From contig JAGAEB010000073.1 in NCBI GenBank assembly GCA_017613335.1, positions 1 through 37,185 of the forward strand: 37,185 bases of DNA. Direction: 5' to 3'. Positions 27,367 to 37,019 of this stretch are shown piece after piece. The DNA is from Methanosarcinaceae archaeon (GTDB taxonomy: Archaea; Halobacteriota; Methanosarcinia; Methanosarcinales; Methanosarcinaceae). The translations under genes and the position numbers were made by a program. Below the pieces are notes generated by a model that searched no databases, was not told the origin of the DNA, and worked only from the letters and a program-made list of their open reading frames with translations. Positions within the stretch are counted from its first letter, which is position 1. Each line of letters opens with the position of its first letter.

Positions 27367-28767
27367 ATGTTCACACAGAAAAACACAGGCAGTCTCAGAG
27401 TTGCCAAAGCAGGCCTTTCTGCGCTTTTGGTCCTCATGATACTGTTTTCCGCTCTTCCGGGAACAGCTTCCGCTCTTTCCGGACCTGTCATCAAAATGAC
27501 GATCGTCGACGAAGATCCGTATCCGGCGCAGGCCGGAGACCGCATCCGCATCCTTCTTCAGATTGAAAACACCGGCACAAAAGCCGACAACGTGACGATC
27601 AACGTCAAGTCGGAATATCCGTTTTCGATAAGCGCCGCCGATGCAACAAGAGTGATCGGAACGATGACGTCAGGCCGGAAAGTCTATGAAGAATTCTACA
27701 TCACCGTCGACAAAGACGCTCTCAACGGCGTCCGCGATCTCAAGATCCGCTACAAGACCGACGATGAAAACAATAAACAGTGGATCGAAAAAGTCTTCCC
27801 GATCGCCGTCGGCAATCAGGCTTTCGACAGCATGGGAACCGTTGCCGTCAGCGACGTCAGTTCATCCCCGGCTTCTTTCATGCCCGGCGATTCAGGTCTC
27901 GTCAACATCACGCTCAAAAACACGGCAACCGCCGGATCCATCAGCATGAAAAATGCGACATATGACACCAATGCCCACATCCAGGGCATCGAACTCATTT
28001 CCAGATCCGACATCGTCGTGACGACGGATTCCAGAACAGACGTCGGAATCCTCGGCCCCGGCGACTCTCTGACGGTCCCGTTCCAGATCACCGTTCCCGA
28101 AGGAACGCCCGACGGCCGGTATCTCCTGACACTTGCCATCAAAGGAAATTCCTATGAATACAACATCCAGCGCGATGTCGTCATTGATGTCAACTCCGAT
28201 TCCGTCGGCATCATCCAGTCCGCCGTGCCGTCTGCCGGCGTCCTCGAACTCGATGTCGTCAACTATCACTCAGGCTCCCTGAAATCCGTTGCCGTCGAAC
28301 CGGTCATGGACGGTGTGACGTTCTTCCCGTCTGTCTATTTCATCGGCGAGATGAAAGAAGACGACCTTTACACGATCAAATTCAACATGAGCGATGCCGA
28401 CGGAAACTTCAGCATGCAGCCTTCTTCGTCCCGCAGGACAGGCGGCATGATGCCGGGAAGAGCCGGCGCCGCCGAAGTGACTGATGGTTCCGGAGCAGCG
28501 CCTGCCGGTCAGACGTCCGGCAACCTGACATTCAGAGTCACCTATGTCAACGGCAACAACGCTCATGAAGAAACAGTCTCCGGAGACAATATCCTCGTCA
28601 TCCGGTCATCCGGAACATCCGACTCTTCCGATAGCCCCGTCAGGACGATCGCTGTCATCGCTGTCATCCTGATCATTCTCCTCGTGATCGCTCATTTCGT
28701 CCTTAAATCAAAAAGAGGATACGGTCTGATCGGCAAAAACAAGAGAGACAAAGGAAGATCCGAATGA
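27367..28767 (+). CDS. Secreted CARDB/S-layer-domain-like protein (COG1361-like) with C-terminal TM anchor
   Basis: It has a signal peptide (...LPGTASALSG), beta-rich DEDPYPAQAGDRIRILLQIENTGTKADNVTINV modules present twice, and a C-terminal IAVIAVILIILLVIAHFVLK plus basic tail. GGAG lies upstream. Confidence 0.8.
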   Translation: MFTQKNTGSLRVAKAGLSALLVLMILFSALPGTASALSGPVIKMTIVDEDPYPAQAGDRIRILLQIENTGTKADNVTINVKSEYPFSISAADATRVIGTMTSGRKVYEEFYITVDKDALNGVRDLKIRYKTDDENNKQWIEKVFPIAVGNQAFDSMGTVAVSDVSSSPASFMPGDSGLVNITLKNTATAGSISMKNATYDTNAHIQGIELISRSDIVVTTDSRTDVGILGPGDSLTVPFQITVPEGTPDGRYLLTLAIKGNSYEYNIQRDVVIDVNSDSVGIIQSAVPSAGVLELDVVNYHSGSLKSVAVEPVMDGVTFFPSVYFIGEMKEDDLYTIKFNMSDADGNFSMQPSSSRRTGGMMPGRAGAAEVTDGSGAAPAGQTSGNLTFRVTYVNGNNAHEETVSGDNILVIRSSGTSDSSDSPVRTIAVIAVILIILLVIAHFVLKSKRGYGLIGKNKRDKGRSE

Positions 28768-28816
28768 ACGGGATCGGTCATCCGGATTTCCGGATAACAT
28801 TTCAGGAGGTATTTGA

Positions 28817-30049
28817 ATGATCAGCATGGTCCATTCCGTCGGCATGGCGATCCGGACTCTCAGGAGTTCCCGGATGCGCTCCTTCCTGACAGCTCTCGGT
28901 ATCATCATCGGCATCTCCGCCGTCATTGCGACAACGACGATCGGCACCAGTTTCGGTGACTACATGACCGGTCAGCTGAGCGGCGACAGTTCCAATTATC
29001 TGACAGTCATGTCGTATGAAAGGAACATTCTCCATGACCAGCAGGCAGACCGGATAAGATCCGTCTCAGGTGTCAAAGATGTGACAGCCTACGCAAGCGT
29101 CAACGCGAACATGACATATATGGGCGAGACCCAATCCGTCACGATCATCGGCGTCAAAGAAAATGCAGCGGATGTCACAGGGGTCCGGATGATGTCCGGC
29201 AATTTCATTTCCGACAAAGATACGAGTGTCATCGTCATCGGCCGCAACGTTTCGGAAGATTCGTTCCAGAATGAGATCGGAATACGCAATTCTGTCATCA
29301 TCGAAATCAAAGATCAGGTCACGGACGAACCCGTGACATCCGTCTTCAAGGTCAAAGGCATTTCCGGCCTCGAAGAAGGCGGCGGCTCTTTCGTCATGGG
29401 CGGCATGGATTCGAACACGAGCATCTTCATGCCGCTCTCAACGCTCCAGTCAATGCACGGCATCGATTACTACACCTCGATCTACGTCCTTCTGGAAGAC
29501 GGCACGAACACGACGGCCGCCGCAGACGCCGTTGAAGAAGAAATGGCCAGAAGCCTCGGCATTCCGCTGCGTGATCTTGACGATGACAGCAAAAGCTATT
29601 CCATCCCGTTCACCGTCTTCAACAGAGCGGACGTCATGGACATGATCTCCGAAACGATGAGCACGATGCAGACATTCCTCCTCGGGATCGTGGCGATCAC
29701 GCTCGTCGTCGGGTCGATCGGCATCATGAACATCATGCTCGTCACGGTCACGGAAAGGACAAAAGAGATCGGAACGCTCAAAGCGCTGGGTTACTCCTCC
29801 GCCGATGTCATGAACCTCTTCCTGACAGAAGCTGTCATCATCAGTTTCCTGGGCGGCATCATCGGCGTCATCCTCGGTCTGATCGTCTCCGTTATCGTCA
29901 CGGATTATCTCGAGATCAGCCTGACAGTGCCGGTGTCAAACGTCATTTACGGCATCCTCTTCGCCGTCCTCATCGGTATCATCGCCGGCGTCTATCCCGC
30001 AGGGAAAGCCGCAAAAATGGATCCGGTCGATGCACTGAGACAGGAATGA
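28817..30049 (+). CDS. ABC transporter permease, MacB/FtsX family
   Basis: The N-terminus IRTLRSSRMRSFLTALGIIIGISAV is followed by a large extracytoplasmic domain. The C-terminal FtsX 3-TM bundle contains ERTKEIGTLKALG. GGAGGT lies upstream. Confidence 0.9.
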   Translation: MISMVHSVGMAIRTLRSSRMRSFLTALGIIIGISAVIATTTIGTSFGDYMTGQLSGDSSNYLTVMSYERNILHDQQADRIRSVSGVKDVTAYASVNANMTYMGETQSVTIIGVKENAADVTGVRMMSGNFISDKDTSVIVIGRNVSEDSFQNEIGIRNSVIIEIKDQVTDEPVTSVFKVKGISGLEEGGGSFVMGGMDSNTSIFMPLSTLQSMHGIDYYTSIYVLLEDGTNTTAAADAVEEEMARSLGIPLRDLDDDSKSYSIPFTVFNRADVMDMISETMSTMQTFLLGIVAITLVVGSIGIMNIMLVTVTERTKEIGTLKALGYSSADVMNLFLTEAVIISFLGGIIGVILGLIVSVIVTDYLEISLTVPVSNVIYGILFAVLIGIIAGVYPAGKAAKMDPVDALRQE

Positions 30050-30120
30050 CGATCCCTGCCGGAAGGCACGGATCATCATGACTGAAAAACGGGTCGCTGA
30101 AACAGGATGTCAGAAGTGCG

Positions 30121-30196
30121 TGACAGACAGAGTGACAGAATAAAGTTCTGAAACTGAGTGACAGACAGAGTGACAGAATAAAATTCTGAAACTGAC
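30121..30196. repeat. Tandem repeat, 38-bp unit x2 (TGACAGACAGAGTGACAGAATAAAGTTCTGAAACTGAG)
   Basis: Direct reading. The two copies differ at one position. Confidence 0.8.
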
Positions 30197-30245
30197 CTGC
30201 AAAAACAGAATGACAGAACAGACTGAAAAGACAGTCTGAAAATAC

Positions 30246-30293
30246 AAAAAAAAGCCCCTCCGGATAAGATCCGAAGGGGCTTTTTTATTTTTT
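30246..30293. terminator. Bidirectional terminator-like hairpin flanked by A8 and T6AT7
   Basis: AAAAAAAA-GCCCCTCCGGA-TAAGA-TCCGAAGGGGC-TTTTTTATTTTTT lies between the convergent ABC permease gene and tRNA-Leu. Confidence 0.55.
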
Positions 30294-30332
30294 GATCCCG
30301 ATTTTTCGCTCATCGGTGATCTGTACAGAGAG

Positions 30333-30415
30333 TGCGGGAAAGGGGAGTCGAACCCCTGAACGTCTTCACGAACAGATCTTGAGTCTGTCGCCGTTGACCA
30401 CTTGGCTATTCCCGC
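30333..30415 (-). tRNA. tRNA-Leu (anticodon CAA), no encoded CCA
   Basis: The reverse complement GCGGGAATAGCCAAGTGGTCAACGGCGACAGACTCAAGATCTGTTCGTGAAGACGTTCAGGGGTTCGACTCCCCTTTCCCGCA folds as expected. The acceptor stem is GCGGGAA/TTCCCGC. The anticodon stem is ACAGA/TCTGT with loop CTCAAGA. There is a long variable arm and a GGTTCGA T-loop. Confidence 0.93.
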
Positions 30416-30439
30416 GAAAGAGGTTGTTCAATATTGATT

Positions 30440-30458
30440 TATGTTATAAATATCTTTT
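30440..30458 (-). promoter_or_regulatory. TATA box (TTTATAA on the - strand) about 29 nt upstream of the tRNA-Leu 5' end
   Basis: The reverse complement of 30441-30456 is AAGATATTTATAACAT. The spacing to 30415 fits an archaeal TATA-to-start distance. Confidence 0.45.
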
Positions 30459-30476
30459 TCAGGAGTCTGTGTGATG

Positions 30477-31358
30477 TCATCCGGACTGCTTTTTCTGTTC
30501 ATTTTCAAGAAATTCCCGAATGAAGCGTTTCCTTTTTTCATCATGTTTTTTTCCGGCGCGTCCGGCGACGGAATATGCCATGATCGCTCTTTTAAAATCA
30601 AGAAGTCCGAATTCCGGCCACATTTTTTCTGAAACGTAAAAGACAGCGCGGTTCCCGTTTGCCTGCCAGGACAGGAAATTGGATGTCCTGAGCTCGCCGC
30701 CCGTCCGGATGACCAGATCAACGTCCGGGACGGGATTTCTGCATTCCGGCGACGGCCAGAGATTTTTACGGATCTCTTCTCTCAGATCTTTTCCGGGATC
30801 GTTCATTTCTGCGGATGCCTCTGACATTTTCCGGAAGGCTGATACAAGATCCTGACGGCCCCCGTAGGCAAGCGCGATATTGACGAACATGCGATCGTTG
30901 TCTTTCGTTTTTTCTTCAATCTCACGGATCGTTCCGACGATCCCTTCCGGCAGAAGGGACAGATCTCCGATAACGCGGACACAGAGTCCTCTCTTCATGA
31001 TCTTTTCATCGCGGATGAGCTGATCCAGTTTTTCTGTCAGAAGAGAAAAGATCGTCCGGATCTCTTCATCTTTCCTGTTGAAATTCTCTGTCGAAAAAGC
31101 ATAGACCGTCAGACAGGAAACGCCCGCCCGGTAAGCCCATTCGATGATACGGCTCGTCGTCTTGGTCCCCATCCGGTGGCCGGCGCCCGCAGCGATACCG
31201 TGTTTTCCGGCATAACGGCGGTTTCCGTCCATGATGACGGCAATATGGCGGGGGATGTATACATCACGGAAACGGTCCGAACGGCTTTCTTTTATTTTCT
31301 TTTCAGGAAACGGAGAGCGTCCGTCCGAAAAATATGAGTGGGGAAGAGTCGTCGTCAT
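30477..31358 (-). CDS. uppS: Undecaprenyl (cis-prenyl) diphosphate synthase
   Basis: HIAVIMDGNRRYA, TVYAFSTENFNR and the C-terminal RTGGELRTSNFLSWQ are cis-IPPS motifs. The only in-frame start is ATG 31358. Stop codon is TGA. Confidence 0.9.
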   Translation of the reverse strand: MTTTLPHSYFSDGRSPFPEKKIKESRSDRFRDVYIPRHIAVIMDGNRRYAGKHGIAAGAGHRMGTKTTSRIIEWAYRAGVSCLTVYAFSTENFNRKDEEIRTIFSLLTEKLDQLIRDEKIMKRGLCVRVIGDLSLLPEGIVGTIREIEEKTKDNDRMFVNIALAYGGRQDLVSAFRKMSEASAEMNDPGKDLREEIRKNLWPSPECRNPVPDVDLVIRTGGELRTSNFLSWQANGNRAVFYVSEKMWPEFGLLDFKRAIMAYSVAGRAGKKHDEKRKRFIREFLENEQKKQSG

Positions 31359-32604
31359 GATTGATCCCTGTATTGACTTTGTTTTTTATGATCTTTCCTG
31401 TTTCCGGAATCGTCTTTTTCCGGCAGATTCGGAGGAGCTGTTCACTTTCGGCCACAAAGCCTTTTCTGAAAGGATATTTTTCGACAAGAACGATCCGGAT
31501 ATTTTCCCGGATGTTTCTGAGATATGCGTTTTCTTCTGAATCTTCTGCGTTTCCGCCTGCTTCTGAGAACACAGCTGCCAGTTCTTCCGCGATCTCAGGC
31601 GCCGTTTCAATGATGACGGCATCACTCACGCCGTCGTCAATGATCTCGTAAGCTTCCGCCGGGAGTTCATTTTCCAGGATCTCTTTCATGTCGCTGAAGA
31701 CCGACAGATCGCAGACGATCTTTCCGAAACTGAGCGTTCCGTCTTCCGTGATGCTGTCGAAAGGTCTTGCCGCTTTTGAGGCAATGCGCAGGAGACGCAG
31801 TCTCAGCTGGACTCTGTCTTTATACCTGGATGAACAGAAATTCATGCCGGAGCGTCCTTCCGACTTCATGCAGCCGGCGCACGGTGCATAAACGGAAAAA
31901 GTTTCTTCCGCAATGCGGCGCGATCCTTTGACGGAATTGTTCTCATCCGTCGCCAGGACATATCCGCGCTGACGAAGCTGCTCAGCATTGTTTTCAGAAA
32001 ATTCCAGCTCATTGAGGTTGAGGAAACAGCCGATCGATGATGAAAAAGCGGCAACGTCAGAAACGCCCTCGATCGAAGGGATCTCAATGCCGGCGCAGAT
32101 GCCGCAGGCCTATGCTTTTCTGATCGCTCTTTCATAATCCGATCCTTCAAGAGACGGCCACAGATCCGCCGGCGGATGGAATCTGATCTCGTCAAGTCCC
32201 GCAGAAGCCAGCTTTTCAAGCGTTTCATCATCCGCGGCCAGCGACGTGTAAAGATGGATATGATGCGCCTGCCCGAATCTTTTTTTCAGAAGAGTCATGT
32301 AACGGATGACATCATCAAGTCTGAGAAGCGGCTCGCCGCCGGTGATCCCTGTCCCGAGCGCATCCATTTCAAGCGCTTCTTCAATGACGTCATCATCAGA
32401 AAGGATCTGTCTTTCATTGACGAAAGAGACGTCTCTCTCTTTGCGGTCATCCGAAAGCGGGCAGTAGAAACAGTCCCTGCCGCACAGGCCGGTCACAAAA
32501 AGGACCAGCTTGCCGCCTTTCTGACAGAGAAGACAGCCTTCGGGAAGAAAATCCGAAAATGATTCAGACTCCTCCATCAGTTTCTTTACCGGATCATCCG
32601 TCAT
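31303..32604 (-). CDS. Radical SAM protein (PflA-activase-related, COG2108-like), one 433-codon frame with a single in-frame TAG at 32110-32112
   Basis: The N-part (track ORF 32110..32604) has the CGRDCFYC CxxxCxxC motif. After the TAG, 80 open protein-like codons (ACGICAGIEIPSIEG...YAPCAGC) continue in the same frame into track ORF 31303..31869 (735 nt = 245 codons apart). If TAG is a true stop, the model splits into 32110..32604 and 31303..31869. Confidence 0.6.
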
Positions 32605-32608
32605 TTTA

Positions 32609-32775
32609 TCACACTTTTCAGATTCTGCTTTCTGTCACTTTTTCAGATTCTGCTTTTGTCACTTTTTCAGATTCTGCTTTCAGTCACTTTTTCAGATTCT
32701 GCTTTTGTCACTTTTTCAGATTCTGCTTTTGTCACTTTTTCAGATTCTGCTTTTGTCACTTTTTCAGATCGTGTT
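32609..32775. repeat. Tandem array, 24-25-bp unit (GTCACTTTTTCAGATTCTGCTTTT) x7
   Basis: CAGATTC recurs at 32619, 32644, 32668, 32693, 32717, 32741 and 32765. The array fills the whole spacer between the aCPSF1 stop and the radical SAM start. Confidence 0.9.
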
Positions 32776-32784
32776 TTTATCCTT

Positions 32785-34683
32785 TTACATGATCCTTGAT
32801 GTTTCCAGATTGACGAGCGGCTTTGAATCGACTTTGGCCTTTTTGCGGAGGGCTTCCGAGAATTCACGGCATGATTTTTCATCGCCGTGCATCGTATAGA
32901 CCATCTCAGGCTTCGGCTGCATGCGGCGGATATATTCCATCAGCTGCCTGACATCCGAGTGACCGGAGAAACCGTCGACTGTCCAGATCTCCATATTGAC
33001 TTTGACGATATCGTTTCCGAAGGGAACTTCTTTCCAGCCTTTCTGGAGTCTGCGGCCGGTCGTTCCGTCTGCCTGATAACCGACAAAGATGAGGGAATTG
33101 CGGTCATCGGCTGCCAGATGCGTGAAATAATTCATGACAGGGCCGCCGTTCATCATACCGGATGTGGCAATGATCACGCAGGGATCGCGCTCTTTGAGGA
33201 TCTTTTCACGGATCTCCTTTGAGTCGACAGGGCGGAAACATTCCGCCAGGAACGGATTCTGGCCTTTCTGGAAGATCTGCTTTTTGAGGTCGCTGTTGAG
33301 ATATTCCGGATGCGTGGCATGGATGGCCGTTGCTTCCCAGATCATACCGTCCAGATAGACCGGCACTTTCGGGATGATCCCTTTGTGGATCGCTTCTTCA
33401 ATGACGATCATGACTTCCTGACTTCTGCCGACGGCAAACGCCGGGATCAGGGCAATGCCGTTTCTCTCAAGCGTTTTCCTGACGATCGACTGCAGATTCT
33501 TTTCAGCTTCCTTGAGCGGCGGCTGATAGCCGTTCACGTTGCCGTATGTGGATTCTGAGATGACCGTCTCGACGCGCGGGAACTTGTTGACGGCCGGATC
33601 GAAAAGTCTCGTCCTTTCATATTTGTAGTCGCCGGTGAAGACAATATTGTGAAGACCGTCTCCGATATGGAAATGAGAAACGGCGGATCCGATGATGTGT
33701 CCGGCATTGTGGAACGTGAGTTTGATATCCGGTGAGATGTCCGTTACTTCTTCGTATTCCAGCGGGATGATGTGGAGCAGTTCCTTTTCGATCATTTCTC
33801 TGGTATACGGCGGCTTTTTGCCTTCTTTCTCCGCCACATCGATGTAGTCGAGCTGCAGGAGAACAGTCATATCGCGCGTCGGCGGCGTGCAGTAGACGGG
33901 GCCGTTGTAGCCGTATTTGAAGAGCATCGGGACGAGTCCCTGGTGGTCCATGTGGGCGTGCGTGAGGATGACGGCATCGAGAGAATTGAAATCGTTGACT
34001 TCAGGCACATAGAGATACGGGCTCATGTTCTCGTCCGATCCGACATTGACGCCGCAGTCGATCATGACTTTTGATTCCGGCGTCGATAAAATGTAACAAC
34101 TGCGGCCGACTTCAAGGGCGCCGCCGAGCGCCGTCACGCGGATCCACTGATCATGATAATGAGGTTCCCTGTGGATCTTGCGTCCGATCGTTTTGAGGAT
34201 CTCTTTTCTTTCATTGAGATTGATGCGCATGAAGTCACGGATATTCTTGACCGTCTTCGATTTGATCGGCGGGGTCCTGGAAACTTTCGGCGTCCATCCG
34301 ATCTCTTTTGTGATATCGCGGAGCGTATCTCCGTGTTTTCCGATGACAAGTCCCGTCTTTTCAGCTTCGATGATCACTTCACCGGCATCGGGGTCAAAAT
34401 AGTGATTCGTGATCCCGGCGTCTTTCGGAACGATCCTGTCAATGATCTCTATGGATTTTTCCGGCGCGACAAGAACTTTCGGATCAGGTCTGACGGCAAT
34501 GCGCATCCGGATCTTCTTTGCCAGTTCCCGGATAATATTGCCGTCATCGGCAAATTTCTTCGGATCTTCCGTATAGAGGACCAGCTGCGGCCCTTCGAAT
34601 TCGAGGTCTGAAAAAGTCACGCCCTTGGGCAGATTTTTTTCAATATCCTTCCGAAGATCCTTTAAAACATCATCTATCGGCAT
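32785..34683 (-). CDS. fttA: aCPSF1 / FttA: KH-KH plus metallo-beta-lactamase plus beta-CASP ribonuclease (archaeal transcription termination factor)
   Basis: It is 632 aa. The N-terminal KH region reads [18 protein letters not shown]...[10 protein letters not shown]. The MBL motif is THAHMDHQG, and beta-CASP motifs follow in the C-terminal region. Stop codon is TAA. Confidence 0.95.
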   Translation of the reverse strand: MPIDDVLKDLRKDIEKNLPKGVTFSDLEFEGPQLVLYTEDPKKFADDGNIIRELAKKIRMRIAVRPDPKVLVAPEKSIEIIDRIVPKDAGITNHYFDPDAGEVIIEAEKTGLVIGKHGDTLRDITKEIGWTPKVSRTPPIKSKTVKNIRDFMRINLNERKEILKTIGRKIHREPHYHDQWIRVTALGGALEVGRSCYILSTPESKVMIDCGVNVGSDENMSPYLYVPEVNDFNSLDAVILTHAHMDHQGLVPMLFKYGYNGPVYCTPPTRDMTVLLQLDYIDVAEKEGKKPPYTREMIEKELLHIIPLEYEEVTDISPDIKLTFHNAGHIIGSAVSHFHIGDGLHNIVFTGDYKYERTRLFDPAVNKFPRVETVISESTYGNVNGYQPPLKEAEKNLQSIVRKTLERNGIALIPAFAVGRSQEVMIVIEEAIHKGIIPKVPVYLDGMIWEATAIHATHPEYLNSDLKKQIFQKGQNPFLAECFRPVDSKEIREKILKERDPCVIIATSGMMNGGPVMNYFTHLAADDRNSLIFVGYQADGTTGRRLQKGWKEVPFGNDIVKVNMEIWTVDGFSGHSDVRQLMEYIRRMQPKPEMVYTMHGDEKSCREFSEALRKKAKVDSKPLVNLETSRIM

Positions 34684-34924
34684 GATTTACTTCCTTTGAA
34701 TCAATGAAAACAATTCCGGGATTCTGAGAATGTTCCGGCGGTCTCCGGAACCTGCGGGACGGATGAGGACTGTCCGGCTCTTTCCGGAAAGCCTCTCCGT
34801 TTCTCAGGATCCTGAGACTTCTGATTTTCATTTTCTGAAGACCGGTCCTGCCTGTCACGTTAAAAAATTCTGTCTGTTCCGTACTTTTCGGAACTGTCTG
34901 CAAAAAGAAGAACTGACAGGACGA

Positions 34925-35240
34925 CCGGAAATTGATTGGAGATGAATATGAATGGGGATGTGATGTGGATGAGAATGTGAGTGATGTGGATGGTGATGTG
35001 ATATGGATGAGAATGTGATGTGGATGGTGATTGTGATATGGATGAGAATGTGATGTGGATGGTGACGTGATATGGATGAGAATGTGATGTGGATGGTGAT
35101 TGTGATATGGATGGGAATGTGATATGAATGAAGATATGATGTGGATGTGAATGAAGATATGATGTGGATGTGAATGAAGATATGATGTGGATGTGAATGG
35201 TGATGTGATGTGGATAAGAATGTGATGAGGATCACTGTCA
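34925..35240. repeat. Compound G/T/A-rich tandem array: about 35-bp unit x4, then 23-bp unit (GAATGAAGATATGATGTGGATGT) x3
   Basis: ATATGGATGAG recurs at 35001, 35036, 35070 and 35105, followed by a 23-nt periodicity. The His-rich - strand ORFs here are composition artefacts. Confidence 0.85.
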
Positions 35241-35388
35241 AATGAATGAAAATGAATGATATGTGCCGGCACAAATCTGACGGGTCTGTCCGGATCGCCG
35301 GCTCTTCATATGAACGACCGGCGATGAACGACAGACACGGATCCGGCAGACTGCCGGATCGGACTGTTCCGGGATCACATCGTTTTCA

Positions 35389-36018
35389 TCAGCTGAATTC
35401 CGCTCTGATCTTCTGCACGTCTTCAGGATCCATGCGGACAAGTCCGTCTTTTGTGATCCTGACAACGCTGATAGAGTCTCCGGATGCGGAATCTCTTTTC
35501 ATGGCATTGTGAAGGGCGCGGATAGCCAGTCTTGTTCCTTCTTCAACCGTCATGTTTTCTTTGAAATGGTCTTCAAGAACGCCGTAGGCGATCGTTGATC
35601 CGGAACCGGTCGAGACGGCTTTCGTTTCTTCAATGGCGCCGCCGAGCGCATCCAGGGAATAAAGGCCGAATCCGTTTTTGTCAGCGCCGCCGAGGAGGAG
35701 CTGGACGGAATAAGGATACATGCGGTTGGCATTGAGGATGTTGGAAATAAGCGTCGAGAGAGCTTTGATCGTCATGGGCTCTTTCCGGCACATCTCGTAA
35801 AGTTTTGCTTCCACGGAGATCGTTCTGACAAGTTTCTGCGCATCACCGACGGAGCCTGCGATCGTCATTCCGACGCAGTCGCTGATCCGGTAGACTTTTT
35901 TGGCTTCACGGCTGGCGATGAGGTGTCCCATCGTCGCTCTCTGCTCACTGGCAAGAATGATGCCGTCAGCGCAGTTGATGCCGACAGTGGTCGTTCCTTT
36001 GTATGCATTTTCTTCCAT
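35389..36018 (-). CDS. psmB: Proteasome subunit beta
   Basis: MEENAYKG|[21 protein letters not shown] has a short propeptide before the catalytic Thr. The ATG at 36018 is preceded by GAGGGG. The track's GTG at 36033 is less likely. Confidence 0.92.
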   Translation of the reverse strand: MEENAYKGTTTVGINCADGIILASEQRATMGHLIASREAKKVYRISDCVGMTIAGSVGDAQKLVRTISVEAKLYEMCRKEPMTIKALSTLISNILNANRMYPYSVQLLLGGADKNGFGLYSLDALGGAIEETKAVSTGSGSTIAYGVLEDHFKENMTVEEGTRLAIRALHNAMKRDSASGDSISVVRITKDGLVRMDPEDVQKIRAEFS

Positions 36019-36559
36019 AATGGTTCCCCTCACGGACCGGTCATCCGGATCGGATCCTTTCTCATCAGCAGGCAGAAGGATGATCTGCCTGCCGGACTGC
36101 CGTTGTTTTTATCCCGCTTTCCTGAAACATGCTTCTCCGTATCCGTTTTGCCTTGTTCTCTGATCCGGTTCTGAAAACTGAGCTTTTCAGGAAACTCAGA
36201 TTCCCCCTGATCTTCAGACGAAGAGAAAAACCGCATCCGTCCGCTGCCGACAGAAAAGAGCCGGACATATCCGACAAAATCGATGATAATGGCAACGGAG
36301 ATCAGATTGAAAATACGGAAAAAGGGAAAACGTCAAAGCATAACAGCAAAAGACCGGCAAAAGCCGGTATGCAGTCAGTCAGCAGAAAAACGACAGACGC
36401 AGAATCCGAAATACACAGGACACCCGGTCCCAAGTACTTATAAATCGGCTAAATCAACTCTCTTGTGTTATATATACTTTTTCAGTAAACCGTTCCGGTT
36501 CATCCGTCCGTTTCCGGCCGTAAAGATAAATATCGTTTCTGCATTACTGTCACATCAAT

Positions 36560-37012
36560 ATGTCAGATACCAATGCGCCCTCATACAGAATCTATCTTGC
36601 CGGTCCTCTTTTTTCCGATGCTGAAAGATCCTTCAATCTGTTTCTTAAAAAAGAACTTGAAAACGCCGGATTTTCCGTTTTCCTTCCTCAGGAAGATGCA
36701 GAAGACACGACAGACGAAAGAAACGAAGGCGGCCTCTCATCAATTTTTTCACGCTGCAGCGAGGGCGTTGCATCATCTGATCTGATCGTTGCCGTTCTTG
36801 ACGGCGCCGATGTCGATTCCGGGACTGCCTGGGAGATCGGATACGCCTACGCGCTTCAAAAGCCGGTCATCGGTCTCCGGACGGATTTCAGGATCTGCGG
36901 CGCAAAAGAAGACGTCAACCTGATGATCCTGAAATCTCTTTCCGGATACGCCGGATCCGTCAGCGGCCTGATCGAAGAAGTCTGCCGGGTGAGAGATTCC
37001 CTCAGGGAATGA
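36560..37012 (+). CDS. Nucleoside 2-deoxyribosyltransferase-family protein
   Basis: YLAGPLFSDAERSFN...DSGTAWEIGYAYALQKPVIGLRTD matches the NDT fold motifs. A TATA-like AAGATAAATAT lies about 30 nt upstream, which suggests a short leader or none. Confidence 0.8.
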   Translation: MSDTNAPSYRIYLAGPLFSDAERSFNLFLKKELENAGFSVFLPQEDAEDTTDERNEGGLSSIFSRCSEGVASSDLIVAVLDGADVDSGTAWEIGYAYALQKPVIGLRTDFRICGAKEDVNLMILKSLSGYAGSVSGLIEEVCRVRDSLRE

Positions 37013-37019
37013 TGCCTGC

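Noticed and set aside
30050-30476. tRNA-Leu as an integration hotspot or remnant of a mobile element.
   Set aside because: There is no integrase, no duplicated tRNA 3' segment (att-like direct repeat) and no compositional shift on either side. The flanking genes are ordinary housekeeping genes.
31866-32231. A 121-aa - strand ORF bridging the two radical SAM pieces, as an alternative (frameshift) explanation.
   Set aside because: It is in a different frame, and its product is Arg/Ser-rich and unlike any radical SAM sequence. The in-frame continuation after the TAG gives a clean protein-like sequence without needing a frameshift.
34670-35274. His-rich ORFs of 200 aa and 139 aa on the - strand (HPHHILIHITSP... 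repeats).
   Set aside because: They are encoded purely by the compound 35/23-bp GT-rich tandem array between aCPSF1 and psmB. Two frames are open at once, and there is no start context. I treat this as non-coding repeat.
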